A stretch of 64,000 nt of DNA, from assembly GCF_006345805.1 (NCBI RefSeq), contig NC_043014.1, forward strand, positions 25,730,001 to 25,794,000, given 5' to 3'. The position numbers and the translations under genes were made by a program. The DNA comes from Octopus sinensis. Its lineage: Eukaryota. Positions 25,106 to 38,267 of the stretch are shown one piece after another (position 1 is the stretch's first letter; each line of letters opens with the position of its first letter). The notes under the pieces are model-generated. The model ran no database searches and was not told where the DNA came from. It worked only from the letters and a program-made list of their open reading frames with translations.

Positions 25106-26349
25106 TTTTCAGAATTTGAAAGAAAAACAAAATCTTTTCTCCTTCCTCAAAAAGCAGGCCATGTGATGATCAATGTTTTTGTACATAAACAAGCAGTTGT
25201 CTGACTTGGAAGAATATATATATGTGCATGTGTTTGTATATATAGACAGATATACCTGCACACACACATATAATGTATGTATATAAAGTTTATTAAAAGT
25301 TACATGACTCGATTTATTTTATGACTGGGAAGATTCAACATTTCTATCACATTTCACAACCTGAGGGAATAATTTTTTTGTCTGCTCTTTCTATCCCTCT
25401 GTTCTGGGTTTTTTTGTGCAGATTTTATTTTGTGGTTTTAATTTATTTTGTTTGATTTGAATCAACATCCTGTCAAATACCAAAATTACCAAGAACCTCT
25501 TTTTCTAATAGATTTGGTGTTGATGACTGGGAATAAAAATTGTTTGGTAATGTTTTTCTTTCTTTCCTCTTTTCTTGACTTTCTACCTGACTTTTTTTCT
25601 CTCCTTCTGCCTTTCCTTGTTTCATCTTGAATCTATCCATTTTTACATACATGGGACAAAACGGGCTGATCTCAAGCTGTTGAGCCTCATGGAGGAGATG
25701 ACAAAGGACCAAGATGATTGGTGATTTGTTGTGCTCAAGAAGACCTGTCCTTCTTGAGGACCATGGAGGTCCTAAAAGCATTGTTTTTGTCTGGGGCTTG
25801 ACCCTTCACTCAATCTCATCTTTCTACCACCTGTTTCTCTACTCTTCTAACTGGTATTATTCAGCTACTGTAATCACGAGAATAGAATCTGCACATATTC
25901 ATCCTTTTTGCGCAACCAGTTACTGCCTCATTTCCCTTGAACCACTTTCTTTTAAAATCTGTCCCTCAATCTCAATGATACCTTCCAATTTTATTTTCCA
26001 CCAATCATCCCTTTCAGTACTTCCAGTTATCTCTTTCTCTCCTCTGAGCTACATAGAACTATTTGCTTTGTCTTTAACCCTCTCAGTCCTAGGCCCCTGT
26101 GACTAATTTTACCCTCCACCTGGGCTCCTGAGCAAAAAGATAAATAGTTCTATATGCAACTTGAGTAATCATTGCTGGAAAACTAATAAACGAAATAATA
26201 ATAATAGGCCTGTCTCTCAATCACTTTGTTTGTTCACTCAGATTGCTACTTTCTTCATCTCTTTCATCAGTTTGATTGTCTAAATCACTCATTGTTTGTA
26301 TAATGGTAAACTCTTCATCTGAAGAATAAATATCAATAATTTCCTCAAG

Positions 26350-26685
26350 GTGCAGGTATGGCTCTGTGGTAAGAAGCTTACTTCCCAACTACATGATTCT
26401 GTTTTCAGTCCCACAAGATGGCACCTTGGACAAGTGACTTCTACTATATCCTCAGGCCAACCAAAGCCTTGCGAGTGGATTTGGTAGACAGAAATTGAAA
26501 AAAGCTCATTGTGCATGTCATTGTGTCTGTGTTTGTCCCACTTGACAACTGGTGTTGGTATGCCTGTATCCCAGTAGCTTAGTGGTTTGGCAAAAAAGAG
26601 AGAATGAGTACTGGGGTTAATTCATTTGACTAAAAATCCAAGGTGGTGCCCCAGCATGGCCACAGTCTAATGACTGAAACAAGAC
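26350..26685 (+). mobile_element. Full-length tRNA-derived SINE (family of the 32846 copy)
   Basis: Head, core and tail ggtgccccagcatggccacagtctaatgactgaaac all present. Confidence 0.85.
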
Positions 26686-28039
26686 TTTTATTGGAAAAGG
26701 GCATAACTACAGTTTAATACCTCACTGACTTTGTTACTTGTTTACCACATGAAATGCTGGGTTTATCATATGCTAATTTCATTGCAAAAAATTTTTTTTT
26801 CGTCCTTGATTGAAAACAGAAAGAGTAGCTATGGGGTACACCATTAACAATGAGTCATTAAACACACTTCACTACAAAGCTGTAACATGATAGGCTGTCT
26901 ATTTTTAATATTTTATCTCCTTTTTCTAGGTGTATTGTTCATTACCACTTTAATGGAAATTTGGTAGATTACGTTTATGCTATTCCCACTGTACTAGGAA
27001 CACAGCGTGATAGGGTTAACAACTGTTATCTACTGTTGATGGTCTTCCCACTGCAACCACCCCTTCTGACTTCCATCTCTGTCTGTACATTTCTCTCTCT
27101 CCCTGCTTACAGGTTTATTATACTGCTGCTTTTCACCCTTCCTGTACTGCCACATCACCTTTTTCCCAAGCCACTTTTATTTTACCCTCTTTCCACCCCA
27201 TACTGATATTTACCATCAACCATACCACCATCCTTTACATGTGAACTAATACAAAATGAATTGTGGATTACTGTGCCCCCCATGTTTAAAAGAATTCTAA
27301 AACCAATAAGCACATAACATTTTTTCTGAAATACTATATTGAAAATTAATCCCTTTCACACTTATAAAATGTTAACCAAACTTTAAAATTTGTCATTACC
27401 ATTATTGTCAGTATGGGCAGAACTTATGAATTGTTTACTGCAAAGGAGAAATTAAATGTGTTGAATATGCATTTGAACATGACAATATAGCTGCCAGAAG
27501 ATATTTTAATGTTAATGAAGCCAATGTTCGAAATTGGTGTAAACAGTATGACAAAACTGTGCCTAGTAATAAACAGACAAAAATAAAAACATACAGTCAG
27601 GAATATCCATATCACTATGTATGCCAATGGTGCTCCATTTTGATAGGTAGAAACTCCAAGCAATGTAAAATATGGCCTGGACTGTGTTTACCAGCATGAA
27701 CGTCAGACTTCAAAAAGTAGTTAACCATTTAATGGTTTTAGTAAATTTTATGCAGAAAAAGTAAACATTATACAGTCCAGCATAAATAAAAATCAACTTC
27801 GTTATATTGAAGCCATTATTTTTTCTGTAAAAACTTATTCTGACATTAAATGAGTCAACTTCTGGTACGAATGTTTATGTTTTGTATGTATTTTCCCAAC
27901 AAAAAAAAATTTCAAAACATTTTGGAAATGATCTACTCATGTAATTTATGCACCTCCTAAAGTTTATTTTTATTTTTGCAAAAAAGTATGTAAATTACAT
28001 GGGTTTTTACAGTAATCTAGCAAAAATCAGATGTATTTC

Positions 28040-28760
28040 AATAAAAATCTGTACTCATTCTCTTGATAGGAAGTCTCTTTCAATGTGGAACCCTAACCAT
28101 TGATGCCTGCACAAAATGGTCCTCATTTATTCCGTATATCACCGAGCTCCTGTAGTGTTAGGATGTTAATTAGCCTCCCTTTCAACAATGCTCTAAATGT
28201 TGTAATCATGAGATTTGAATATGGTACTTGGAGGCCACAAGTTATTTTGCATAATCGCAAAAAGTGTCTTGACATCCATTCTTGAGTTACATAAGCTTTG
28301 TAAGGTGCTGAGTCTTCTTGAAACATTCAGCCTTCCACAATATACTTCATACATTAAGTTTCCTCAGTACTCAGTGCAGATAGTCCACTCAAACTCGTAG
28401 AGTTCTTTGGTTTAGGTCCTCATTGAGTTTTCCAGCATCATCATCAATAGTGTTTTGAACCTGTTTGGATGAGTTATTGTGTCTGAACAACCAGAATGCC
28501 CCCCCCCCCCCTCGTTTGATACAATTGAAACATTCTCATCAGAGGCTTCCAATTACATCTGATCTTGCAGCATTTAGAGAGATGGCAATTTCTAAATCCT
28601 GTGTTCCACACTCGTGGCAACAATGATTGCATAACTTTTATATCTCTTGTGTTGGTTTTTTATCTGCTATAGGGAATCTGAAAGAAGTAAATTTCTATTG
28701 CTTTCAGTTTGAAAATAGCATTAGACTGATAAAGTATCCTCAAATATTCTTTGCACCCTG
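28040..28760 (-). mobile_element. Tc1/mariner-superfamily remnant
   Basis: ORF 28123-28326 MFQEDSAPYKAYVTQEWM resembles the QQDSAPAH catalytic region; terminal cagggtgcaaagaatattt (reverse strand) at about 28760. Confidence 0.6.
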
Positions 28761-28924
28761 TGTGTGTATAAATCGTCATTTCAAGGACTTACAAGATGAG
28801 TAGATATGTGATCCTCAAACCAGTGATTTGACCAGAATACATGCAACTTAATAGGCTCTGCACCCAAGACTGTTTATTATGTTAAGCTAGATAACATTAA
28901 GTCTGCCAACCAAGAACTCAGAAT

Positions 28925-30045
28925 ACAAAGTCTCATCAAAAAGTATCTGGACTATTTCTATGATAAAAGAACTAAAGTACACAGAGTGAAGCTACTTTGC
29001 ACAAATTGACTTTGAACTCTGTTGTATATGCACACTAAGTTATAACATTCTCACTCACTTCCATCATTTATTGCTGTGCTTGGAAGTGAAGCGTGTAGAG
29101 TGTGGTTGTCATGCCACAGCACATATTCCATTAGTGACCATGGCAGAAAATTTGCATCAAATTTGCTAAAAACTTGTTGATAACTACACAGAGACCTATG
29201 CAGTAAGTATATGAGTGGTTCACACATTTCCAAGTTGGCCAGCAAAATGTTGATCATAACATACGTTCTGGGAGACCCACAACCAGCAGAACTGATGAAA
29301 ACTTAGCGGATGTGCATACAGCTGTTCAGAAAGACTTGAATGGGTGTGTGTGAGTTGTCGAATGATGTAATTATAGTTCAGTTCAATCCATTCTTATTGA
29401 AGATTTGGGTATGAGACCTGTTTGTGCCAAAACTGCTTTTAGTTGACCAAAATCATTGAGTTTCAGCTGCACAGAATCTTGTGTTGGGGAAAACAGAAAC
29501 ATTTTGAAATAGTCATAACAGATAATGAATAGGGGATCTATGGCCATAACACTGAAACTAAGGCTCGGTTTTTGCATTGGAAGACCCTAACCTCTCCAAG
29601 GCTAAAGAAAGCATAAATGAGTCTTAGCAATGAGAAAACACTGTTGATAGTTTACTTTGGCTACAAGGGTATTTTTCATCATGTATATACTCCACCTAGT
29701 CAGCAAACAAAGAGTACTGCTGTGACATGTTTCAGTGTTTGTAGGATGTTCTCTGTTGGAACAGGACAGAATTGTATGCATTCAGTGAGTGGTAACTCCA
29801 CTAAAAACTTGCCTGCCTGTTCATCATATCTTGTGCAGCAGTTTCTGTCCCAGCACAACATTTCAAGAAGTCAGGGAATTTGAGAATGCAGTGAGGCAGC
29901 TGCTTGCTATCCCAAAAATGGAGTTTCAGGAATGCCTCCACCAAAGAAAACGACGCTGGATGAAGTGTGTGCTTTCAGAAGGGGACGACTTCAAAGGTGA
30001 TTAAATCCCGAATTGATATGTGTTGTATTTTTTGATCAGACATCT
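28925..30045 (+). mobile_element. Mariner transposon remnant with both TIRs
   Basis: tacaaagtctcatcaaaaagtat at left and tttttgatcagac at about 30030; internal KTLLIVYFGYKGIFHHVYTPP resembles the mariner catalytic domain. Confidence 0.75.
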
Positions 30046-30239
30046 GCAAGTGAGTCCTACACTCAAAGAATGTCAGTTAGCAAAACCTTTTTATTCTATA
30101 ATTGATGGAATTAACATGGCTTATTTCTGTGAATTTAACATAAGCAGAATCTGAAGACCTAGTTCTAAATGGTGGTAATTGTTTCAAATTTTGGCAGATC
30201 AGCAATTTTAGAAGGAAGAAATTAGTCAATTTCATTTAG

Positions 30240-30570
30240 AAGTTTCCCAACCACATGGTACCAGGTTCTGTCCCACTGCATGGCACCTTGGATAAGTGTC
30301 TTCTACTACAGCTTTGGACTGATCAAAGACTTGTGAGTGGATTTAGTAGATGGAAACTGAAAGAAGCCTATTGTATATGTAATATATTTGTGTCTTTGCA
30401 TCTCTTTGTCCCCCACCACAGCTTGGAAACTGGATTTAGTGTGTTTACATCCTTGTAAATTAGTGGTTCAGCCAAATCATCATCATCATCATCATAAAAT
30501 AATTACTGTTGATTCATTTGACTAAAATAAAATTCTGCAATTCTAATGACTGAAGCAAAAGATAAAAGAT
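30240..30570 (+). mobile_element. SINE (family of the 32846 copy)
   Basis: cccaaccacatggtaccaggttc..gtggatttagtagatggaaactgaaagaagcc..aatgactgaagc. Confidence 0.75.
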
Positions 30571-30699
30571 ACACGTAGAAGAATATACATGCACTATAAC
30601 CTAGAAAATACAATTGATATAACACAAATATTAACTTAACTTTGTCCAGCAACATATATCAGAAACCCTATGATAAATTTAAAGTAAAACTATAAGTTT

Positions 30700-32452
30700 T
30701 AAACTTAGGGGTAGATGAATGGTTAGTGAGAGCTGTGCAAACCATGTACAGGGACGCTGTCAGCAAGGTAAGGGTTGGCAACAAGTACACTGACGAATTC
30801 AGAGTAGAGGTAGGGGTCCACCAAGGTTCAGTCCTCAGCCCCCTCCTATTTATCATAGTCCTCCAGGCAATAACAGGAATTTAAGACAGGATGCCCCTAG
30901 GAGCTCCTCTGTGCTGATGACCTGGCTCTAATTGCTGAGTTGCTATCAGAACTAGAGAAGTTTCAAGTGTGGAAACAAGGATTAGAATCAACCAAAGTCC
31001 TAGTAAGTAGGAAGGCAGGCAAACCACAAATCCCTTCAGGTAGATGGCCCTGCTCAATCTGTAGTAGAGGCATAGGTAGAAACTCTATAAGATGTACCCA
31101 GTGTAAGCAATGGACACATAAGAGGTGCAGCAATATCAAAGGAAAGCTAACTGGGAAGAAAGTTTTTGTATGTGGCAGATGCTCAGGAGTAATAAACGCT
31201 GAAAATGCGCAGAGAACAACATCCGCCACATTCCATGGAGAAAAACTAGAAGTAGTTGATAGCTTCTGTTACCTCGGTGACCAAGTCAGTAGCAGGGGAG
31301 GGTGCGCTGAAAGTGTAGCTGCTAGAATAAGAATAGCTTGGGCAAATTTCAGAGAGCTCTTACCTCTGCTGGTGACAAAGGGCCTCATGCTCAGAGTAAA
31401 AGGTAGACTATGACGCATGTGTACGAACAGCCATGCTACATGGCAGTGAAACATGGACTGTGACTGCTGAGGACATGCGTAAGCTCGCTAGGAACGAAGC
31501 CAATATGATCCAATGGATGTGTAATGTCAGTGTGCATACTCAACAGAGTGTAAGTATCTAAAGAAAAGTTGGACCTAAGAAGCATCAGATGTGGTGTGCA
31601 AGAGACGACTGCACTGGTATGAGGATAGCTGTGTGAAAAAGTACCACACTCTAGCCGTTGAGGGAACCTGTGGAAGAGGAAGACCTGGGATGAAGTGCTG
31701 AGGCACAACCTTCGAACTTTAGGCCTCACCAAGGAAATTTCTCATGACCAAGACTTTTGGAAATATGCTGTGCATGAGATACCCGGCAAGCCAAATGAGA
31801 CCATAACTTCATGGCCTATGCCAGGAGCGTAACCAGCCCACTTATGCGTACCTTTTCCTTTTTTGGACACTAAACTCTGCTTGCGAAGACCTGTTGAGGC
31901 AAGTGAAATCAAAATCAAACTAAATGACTGGCATCCGTGCAAGCGGGGTGCAAAAAGCACCATACGAGTGTGATCGTTGACAGAGCGGCTAACCAGCTTC
32001 CGTGCCAGTGGAACATAAAAGGCACCATTCGAGTGTGATTGTTACCAGCATTGCCTTACTGGCATTTGTGCCTGTGCTAGCAGGGTGCAGAGAGCACCAT
32101 CCGAGCGTGATTGTTGCCAGAGCGGCTAACTGGCTTCTATGCCAGTGGCACGTAAAAGGCACCATTCGAGTGTGATCGTTACCAGTGTCGCCTTCCTGGC
32201 ACCTGTGCTGGTGGCATGTTTAAAAAGTTTTGAGCGAGGTTGTTGCCAGTACCGCCTGACTGGGCCCCGTGCTGGTGGCATGTAAAAAGCACCCCTCTAC
32301 ACTCTCGGAGTGGTTGGCGTTAGGAAGGACATCCAGCTGTAGAAACTCTGCCAGATCAAGATTGGAGCCTGGTGCAGCCATCTGTTTCGCCAGCCCCCAG
32401 TAAAATCGTCCAACCCATGCTAGCATGGAAAGCGGACGTTTAAACGATAATG
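30700..32452 (+). mobile_element. 5'-truncated RTE LINE (RT C-half, CCHC-like region, 3' UTR)
   Basis: GVHQGSVLSPLLF, CADDLAL, FCYLGDQ motifs; ends gcggacgtttaaacgataatg. Confidence 0.92.
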
Positions 32453-32845
32453 AACCCTGTGGAATTTTAGACATCATTCAATCTCCTTCATACAGAGAAA
32501 GATAAAGAAATTATCCCATGTTTAATGTTTTGTTGATCATCAGAGGGCAAGTATTCTTTCATTCACTGCCTACAAAGGAAATTTATAGCAACTTGCTATT
32601 TAAATAAGACGAAAGCTAGAACATAGATATAACAGGTTGATTGATGTGCATACCACACATTTGTTAGCAACAGGATTAAATAATAATTTCAAATTTTGGC
32701 ATAAGGCTAGCAATTTTGAGGAAGAGTGTAAGTCAATTACATCAACCCTGTGTGCTCAACTGGTACTTATTTTATTGACCCTGAAATGGTGAAAGGCAAG
32801 GTCAACCTCAGTGGAATTTAAACTCAAAACATAAACATAAACATA

Positions 32846-33235
32846 GGCGCAGGAGTGGCTGTGTGGTAAGTAGCTTGCTAACCAACCACATGGTTCCGGG
32901 TTCAGTCCAACTGCGTGGCATCTTGGGCAAGTGTCTTCTGCTATAGCTCCGGGCCGACCAATGCCTTGTGAGTGGATTTGGTAGACGGAAACTGAAAGAA
33001 GCCTGTCGTATATATGTATGTGCGTGTGTTTGTGTGTCTGTGTTTGTCCCCCTAGCATTGCTTGACAACCAATGCTGGTGTGTTAACGTCCCCGTCACTT
33101 AGCGGTTCGGCAAAAGAGACCGATAGAATAAGTACTGGGCTTACAAAGAATAAGTCCCGGGGTCGATTTGCTCGACTAAAGGCGGTGCTCCAGCATGGCC
33201 GCAGTCAAATGACTGAAACAAGTAAAAAAGAGAGT
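32846..33235 (+). mobile_element. Full-length, well-preserved tRNA-derived SINE with LINE-type 3' stem-loop
   Basis: A-box-like tggctgtgtggt, B-box-like gggttcagtcc, core cttgggcaagtgtctt, tail ggtgctccagcatggccgcagtcaaatgactgaaac. Confidence 0.9.
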
Positions 33236-33417
33236 ATGAATGAAATGCTGCTAAGCATTTTGTCTGGCGTGCTGACAATGCTGCCTTAACATGATTGAAA
33301 ATAATACAATATGCACAGCAGTGTCTATTAGAAAACGTAAGATAAAATACTTAACAGGTTTTAAGCCTTTTCCAATGGAATGTAGACAGTTGTGAATATA
33401 TATTATTATTGTGTTTG

Positions 33418-33605
33418 TGAGGGTGGCAAGCTGGCAGAATCATTAGCATGCTGGACAGAATGCTTAGCAGTATTTCGTCCATCGCTATGTTCTGAGTTCA
33501 AATTTCGCCATGGTTGACTTTGCCTTTCATCTTTTCGGGGTTGATGTAATCGACTTAATCCCCTTCCCCAAACTGCCTTTGTGAAAAACGATTGAAATCA
33601 TTATT
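33418..33605 (+). mobile_element. SINE (family of the 24265 copy)
   Basis: gggtggcaagctggcagaatcattagcatgc..gttctgagttcaaatttcgcc. Confidence 0.75.
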
Positions 33606-34060
33606 ATTGTCTTTGTATAAGAGTGTCCTGATGTTTCACTGTTGATCACTCATCAGAGAACTAGAACCTACTCATTTTTCTGCTATAATTTGCATTATTT
33701 TGTCTCATGTAAGTCCTGAATTAGTCTAGGAACTATAGAACTAATGGCCTGCAGGTAAACAACACTTTAAATGTCAAGTGAAGTTCACTTGGTGGGTATG
33801 AATTCAATTCTAGGGCCAGCCAGTTTTTATATAATTTGGTACAACCAGCATCACATGTATAATACTAAAACCTCTGGTATGGATAATGGAATGAGAACAA
33901 TCTACCACTGAGGATTTAAAGGAATTGGTTAAAATTCCTAGTAGGAAGCAGGATATCAGTAAAACATGACTTTTAACAATTAAGATGACATAAGGATACC
34001 AGTTTAAATAATGATAATTCCTCATCTCAGACTTTGATCAAAATCACAGGTAATATATAA

Positions 34061-34387
34061 TAAAGACTCCGCCGGTTACGACGACGAGGGTCCCAGCTGA
34101 TACGATCAACGGAACAGCTTGCTCGTGAAATTAACGTGCAAAATGGCTGAGCATTCCACAGACACGTGTACCCTTAATGTAGTTCTCGGGGATAATCAGC
34201 GTGACACAGAGAGTGACAAGGCTGACCCTTTGAAATACAAGTACAACTCATTTTTGCCAGCTGAGTGGACTGGAGCAACGTGAAATAAAGTGTCTTGCTC
34301 AAGGACACAACGCGTCGCCGGGAATCGAACTCACTACCTTACGATCATGAGCCGAATGCCCTAACCACTAAGCCACGCGCCCTCACT
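34061..34387 (-). mobile_element. Complete third-family tRNA-derived SINE with 17-bp TSD
   Basis: TCACAGGTAATATATAA at 34044-34060 and 34388-34404; reverse-strand head has A box TGGCTTAGTGG and B box GAGTTCGATTC. Confidence 0.92.
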
Positions 34388-34609
34388 TCACAGGTAATAT
34401 ATAAAAGGAATGTGAAGAGACAAACGTGGAAGATCTACAGAGACAAATGTGAAGTGAAAATGCAACCTGCAGTAATCTTGATGCAACTGTGTCTTGAAAA
34501 TAACCTTGATTTTTGGTACAAAGCAAAAGCAACATAATATATGAAATAAAACGGAGCTTAGGGTAAATAACACACCACAATTTTTTTTTTTTAATTGTAA
34601 ATTGTCAAC

Positions 34610-34895
34610 AGGTGTGTGGTAAGAAGTTTTCTCCCAATCATATGCTTCCAGGTTCAATCCCATTGTATGGAACCTTGGGCAAACCAAAGCCTTATTAGTA
34701 AATTTGGTTGACAGAAACTAAAAGAAGCCAGTTGCATATATATGATGTAATTTAGCAGTTCAGCAAAAAACCACTGACAGAATAAATACTAGGCTTTAAA
34801 AAACTACTGAAATTGATTCATTCTACTAAAAATTCTTCGAGGTGGTGCTCCAGCATGGCTGCAGTCTGATAGCTGAAACAAGTAAAAGATAAAAC
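34610..34895 (+). mobile_element. SINE (family of the 32846 copy), decayed
   Basis: ggtgtgtggtaagaag..ggtggtgctccagcatggctgcagtctgatagctgaaac. Confidence 0.75.
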
Positions 34896-35229
34896 AACTG
34901 TTAGTGTTGACATAACATTTATGAAGTGTTGTTTTGCTTGTTGATAGTGGATTATTTAGTCTCCATGAGAAATCTGTAACTGTCCTGTAGATATTTCGAC
35001 ATCAGTAAACAATAAAATATATGTGAATGTAGTGTCAGCTATTTTGGAAATGTGCTTTTATTTTGTACTGGAGGTCAAGGATATTTTGAAAAGAAAGCTA
35101 GATTGTCCATCCTGCATCAGTATAGCTATAAGCTCTGCTCCTGAGAACAGGGTTTCCCAACCTTTGTTGTCAATACTCCCCTGTCAAATTAAATTTCAAA
35201 TAAGATACTGAATTCATCTTACATAGAAA

Positions 35230-36200
35230 GATAACGCTTAGGTATTAGTGCAAAAGCAATTTTAATACTGTCTTAATTTCTATTATAAATACCATTGATA
35301 AAAATGCAAAAACAAAGCAACTTTTATTTGATAGTTTATCTCAATGCTTTCAATGTGACGGTTGACTTTGTTGTTTACTGGCTAAAGCTCTTACACGAGG
35401 TTCCATGCTGCTTAGAAGTTATTGTAGATCTCGTTTTGTAATTTGCAGGCAGTTTCTTTGTATAGTTAGAAGCTGTGTAACTGCGTTGAACCAACATTCA
35501 GCCATATAGGAAGTTGGAAAAGCAGTGATGAAAAGTTTGATGGCTTCCCACAGCTTAACATATCTTTCAGAAATTTCTTTTTGTAGCCAGAATTCCTGGT
35601 ATGATTTTTTGAAGTGGGACTTCAATTCAGTCTTTTTTTAAAGTAATTTACTCCTCTTGTATCGCAGAGTCAGCTTCATTTGTATAATCGTCAGGTTTAT
35701 CAACCAGTCAGGGATTTCCATACTAATGAGGTCTTGACATCTACAGCTCATGTTGTTATGCAAAGACTTCAAATGGTCACAATAAATGAAAAGGTCATCA
35801 TCTGATATAGAGATATCAGCCTCATGATTATTTTCTAATTGAGCAAGATTTGGAAATTGACATAGCTTCCGACAACCAACATTATGTCTAAAGAGTGAAA
35901 GCTTGTCCATGAATGCATGAATAACCAATTTTGCTTTGATAAAATTTATATCACTGCCTTGCAATTTCAAATTTCAATCATTGAATATATTGAATGAATT
36001 CTGTAAGTAAGGTAATGTCACATTTGCAAGCTAAGAGATCTTCACTCAAATCTTCATATTTTCTCTCCTGAAAAAATTGTATGACTTGAATAAAATCACT
36101 TCAAACACTTGCCTTTCGGTAACCATCTCACCTCAGTATTTAAAAGAAGACGATCAAATTCTTCATCATTGTTGTTGCAGAGTTGTCGAAATATTCAGGA
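35230..36200 (-). mobile_element. hAT (Buster/Charlie-like) transposase remnant
   Basis: ORFs 35638-35970 (KLQGSDINFIKAK..FPNL) and 35419-35625 (FWLQ..FPTSYMAECWFNAV..KQRNCL-like) match the hAT C-terminal domain. Confidence 0.8.
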
Positions 36201-38267
36201 ATTATGGGGGACCACATTTTATTTCGGTTTGAACGGCAGTAAATTGCTATGATAACAATACCAAGTGCATTTAAAACTAAAAAATTAGCATTTGTTAACT
36301 CTAAAGCAAAAAAAAAACATTATAGTTTTTGGGTTCTCGAGGCCCAAAAAGTTGATTTTATAGTTTTGACACTTTTTAACCCTTTTGTGTTTAAACGAGC
36401 CAAAATCTGTTGTATCTAATTCCTCTACAAAATCCTTTAAAAAATAAACAAATCAAGTTAGTGAATTTTCATAGCTTTGAGATAATGTGAGAGCTTTTCT
36501 TCCAGAAAGCACAGAACTGAAAGAATAGCAAAATTAACTGAGGCGGATGTCAACAGAGAAAATACTGACTTCCATAAAGTGGAAAAATAAATGGGAGGAA
36601 AAAGTTGGTAAATATTTTGGTGTGAATGCAAATAGCTGTTACGTGGCAGCAGCCAAATATTTACTTTTCTGGAAAAAGGAGCCGTTTACACATGATTTTG
36701 ATGTCACATTCATTGAAAGCATGCAAAATAATCAGGAAAAGAAAAGACGACCCTGCAAAACAAAACTCCCTTGTGGGAAACTTTGAGGTCCCCACCACTC
36801 CTCCCACCTTTCCAGAAAAAAATGGCTTGTGGCAGGTTTGGAGGTCAGATACGTTGAATGCACCCCAAAAAAAAACTGGAAAAAATTAATCCACACCAAG
36901 GTACAAAATATTTACTGAAAGAATAAAACCATGAACCAATTATACCTGTATTTTAATCAATTCAAACTAATGTACCTCATCTTGAAAAGTGGCAAAATTT
37001 TTGTCAGTTGCCATCTAGGATAATTTTAGTAATAAATCAAACAGGTAAGATGCATTAAGAATTTCAATTTTAGTGTTTAACCATGTTATTGCTTTCACAC
37101 CTGTTAATTAAATCTACCTGCCCATAAAAACCAAATTTACTCAATAAGATCAGCTAAAATTACATAACTAAACCAATGGTATATAAAGCACCCGCTGACA
37201 AAATTTCAATTTGATTTGGTCAGCCCGAGACTATCGTAGAAGACACTAGCCTGACGCGTCACGCAGTGGGACTGAACTCGGGAAGCAAGCTTCTTACCAC
37301 ACAGACACTCCGTTACATTTTCAAAGAATTAAAGGTTTAACGATTAAAGAGGTTAACTTATCGATTAACAGTGCCCACCTCTGTATATATGCATAGAGAC
37401 GTCATAAAATACACATAATATGAATGTTAACGTATTAATTCACATTCTCCCCATATTTAATAACGAACCATGTAATCCACATTCTCGAAAACATATTTCG
37501 GATCTTTTCGATTTGAACGGCAGTTTTGGATCTTTTCGGCTTGAACGGCAGTTTTTAACATAATTTCTAGGTAACTAAAAAATTTTAAACTTCGTATACT
37601 GGTAGAATGTGTTTATAAAACATCTTTTTCTCTTGGCTTTATTGAGAAAATTCTATGGTTTGTAAGATATTTGTTGTTTTTTCTTCTTCAATTTCTACCA
37701 ATCAATGACGTCTATTGAGGTAAATAACATTCTGTGCCGTATGAATATGTCCCTCGTTTAAGAAACAGATTGGATTTAGGTACTTGTCTATTGTCGTGGT
37801 CCCGGTTTCTCACACGCGAATTCGCGCGCGCGCGCCAGACGTAGGTACTCGATACTCGAGATCCTACGAGGTGACTTGCGCATGCGCAGTACAGAATTCG
37901 CGCATGCGCGTTACCCCCCCCCACCCCTAAAAAAAAAGGTGTTGGATTTCACTAAAAATATATGTGTGTGTGTGTATATATAACATTTTCAATTTTACAC
38001 AAAAAAATTACATAGTCGCTTTCCTCGCGGATTTACAGATAAATGAATTAATTACTATTTTACAGAATAAAATTAATGAATTAATTATATAAATTAAATA
38101 ATTCTTGAAAATTAATTAATATTAATAATATTTTTTGAACAAAGTAAATAATTTATAAAACTTAGTTAATAATTTTTTTTACACAAACGCGAACGTATAT
38201 AATTTGTGAAACTTTTTTTTTTTACAGACGTATATAATTTGGTAAACTTAATGAATTAATTTCTTCT

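Noticed and set aside
28498-28511. Poly-C and poly-G tracts (also 40530-40540, 46107-46117) as G-quadruplex elements
   Set aside because: Isolated homopolymers within repeats; no supporting context.
34317-34384. tRNA-Met-like gene on the minus strand
   Set aside because: Acceptor and anticodon stems do not pair properly; it continues into a SINE body and is bounded by a TSD, so it is a SINE head.
36377-37340. Possible piggyBac remnant (ttaaccctttt.. start, Cys/Lys-rich ORF fragments)
   Set aside because: No convincing TIR pair or catalytic motif by eye; needs a profile search.
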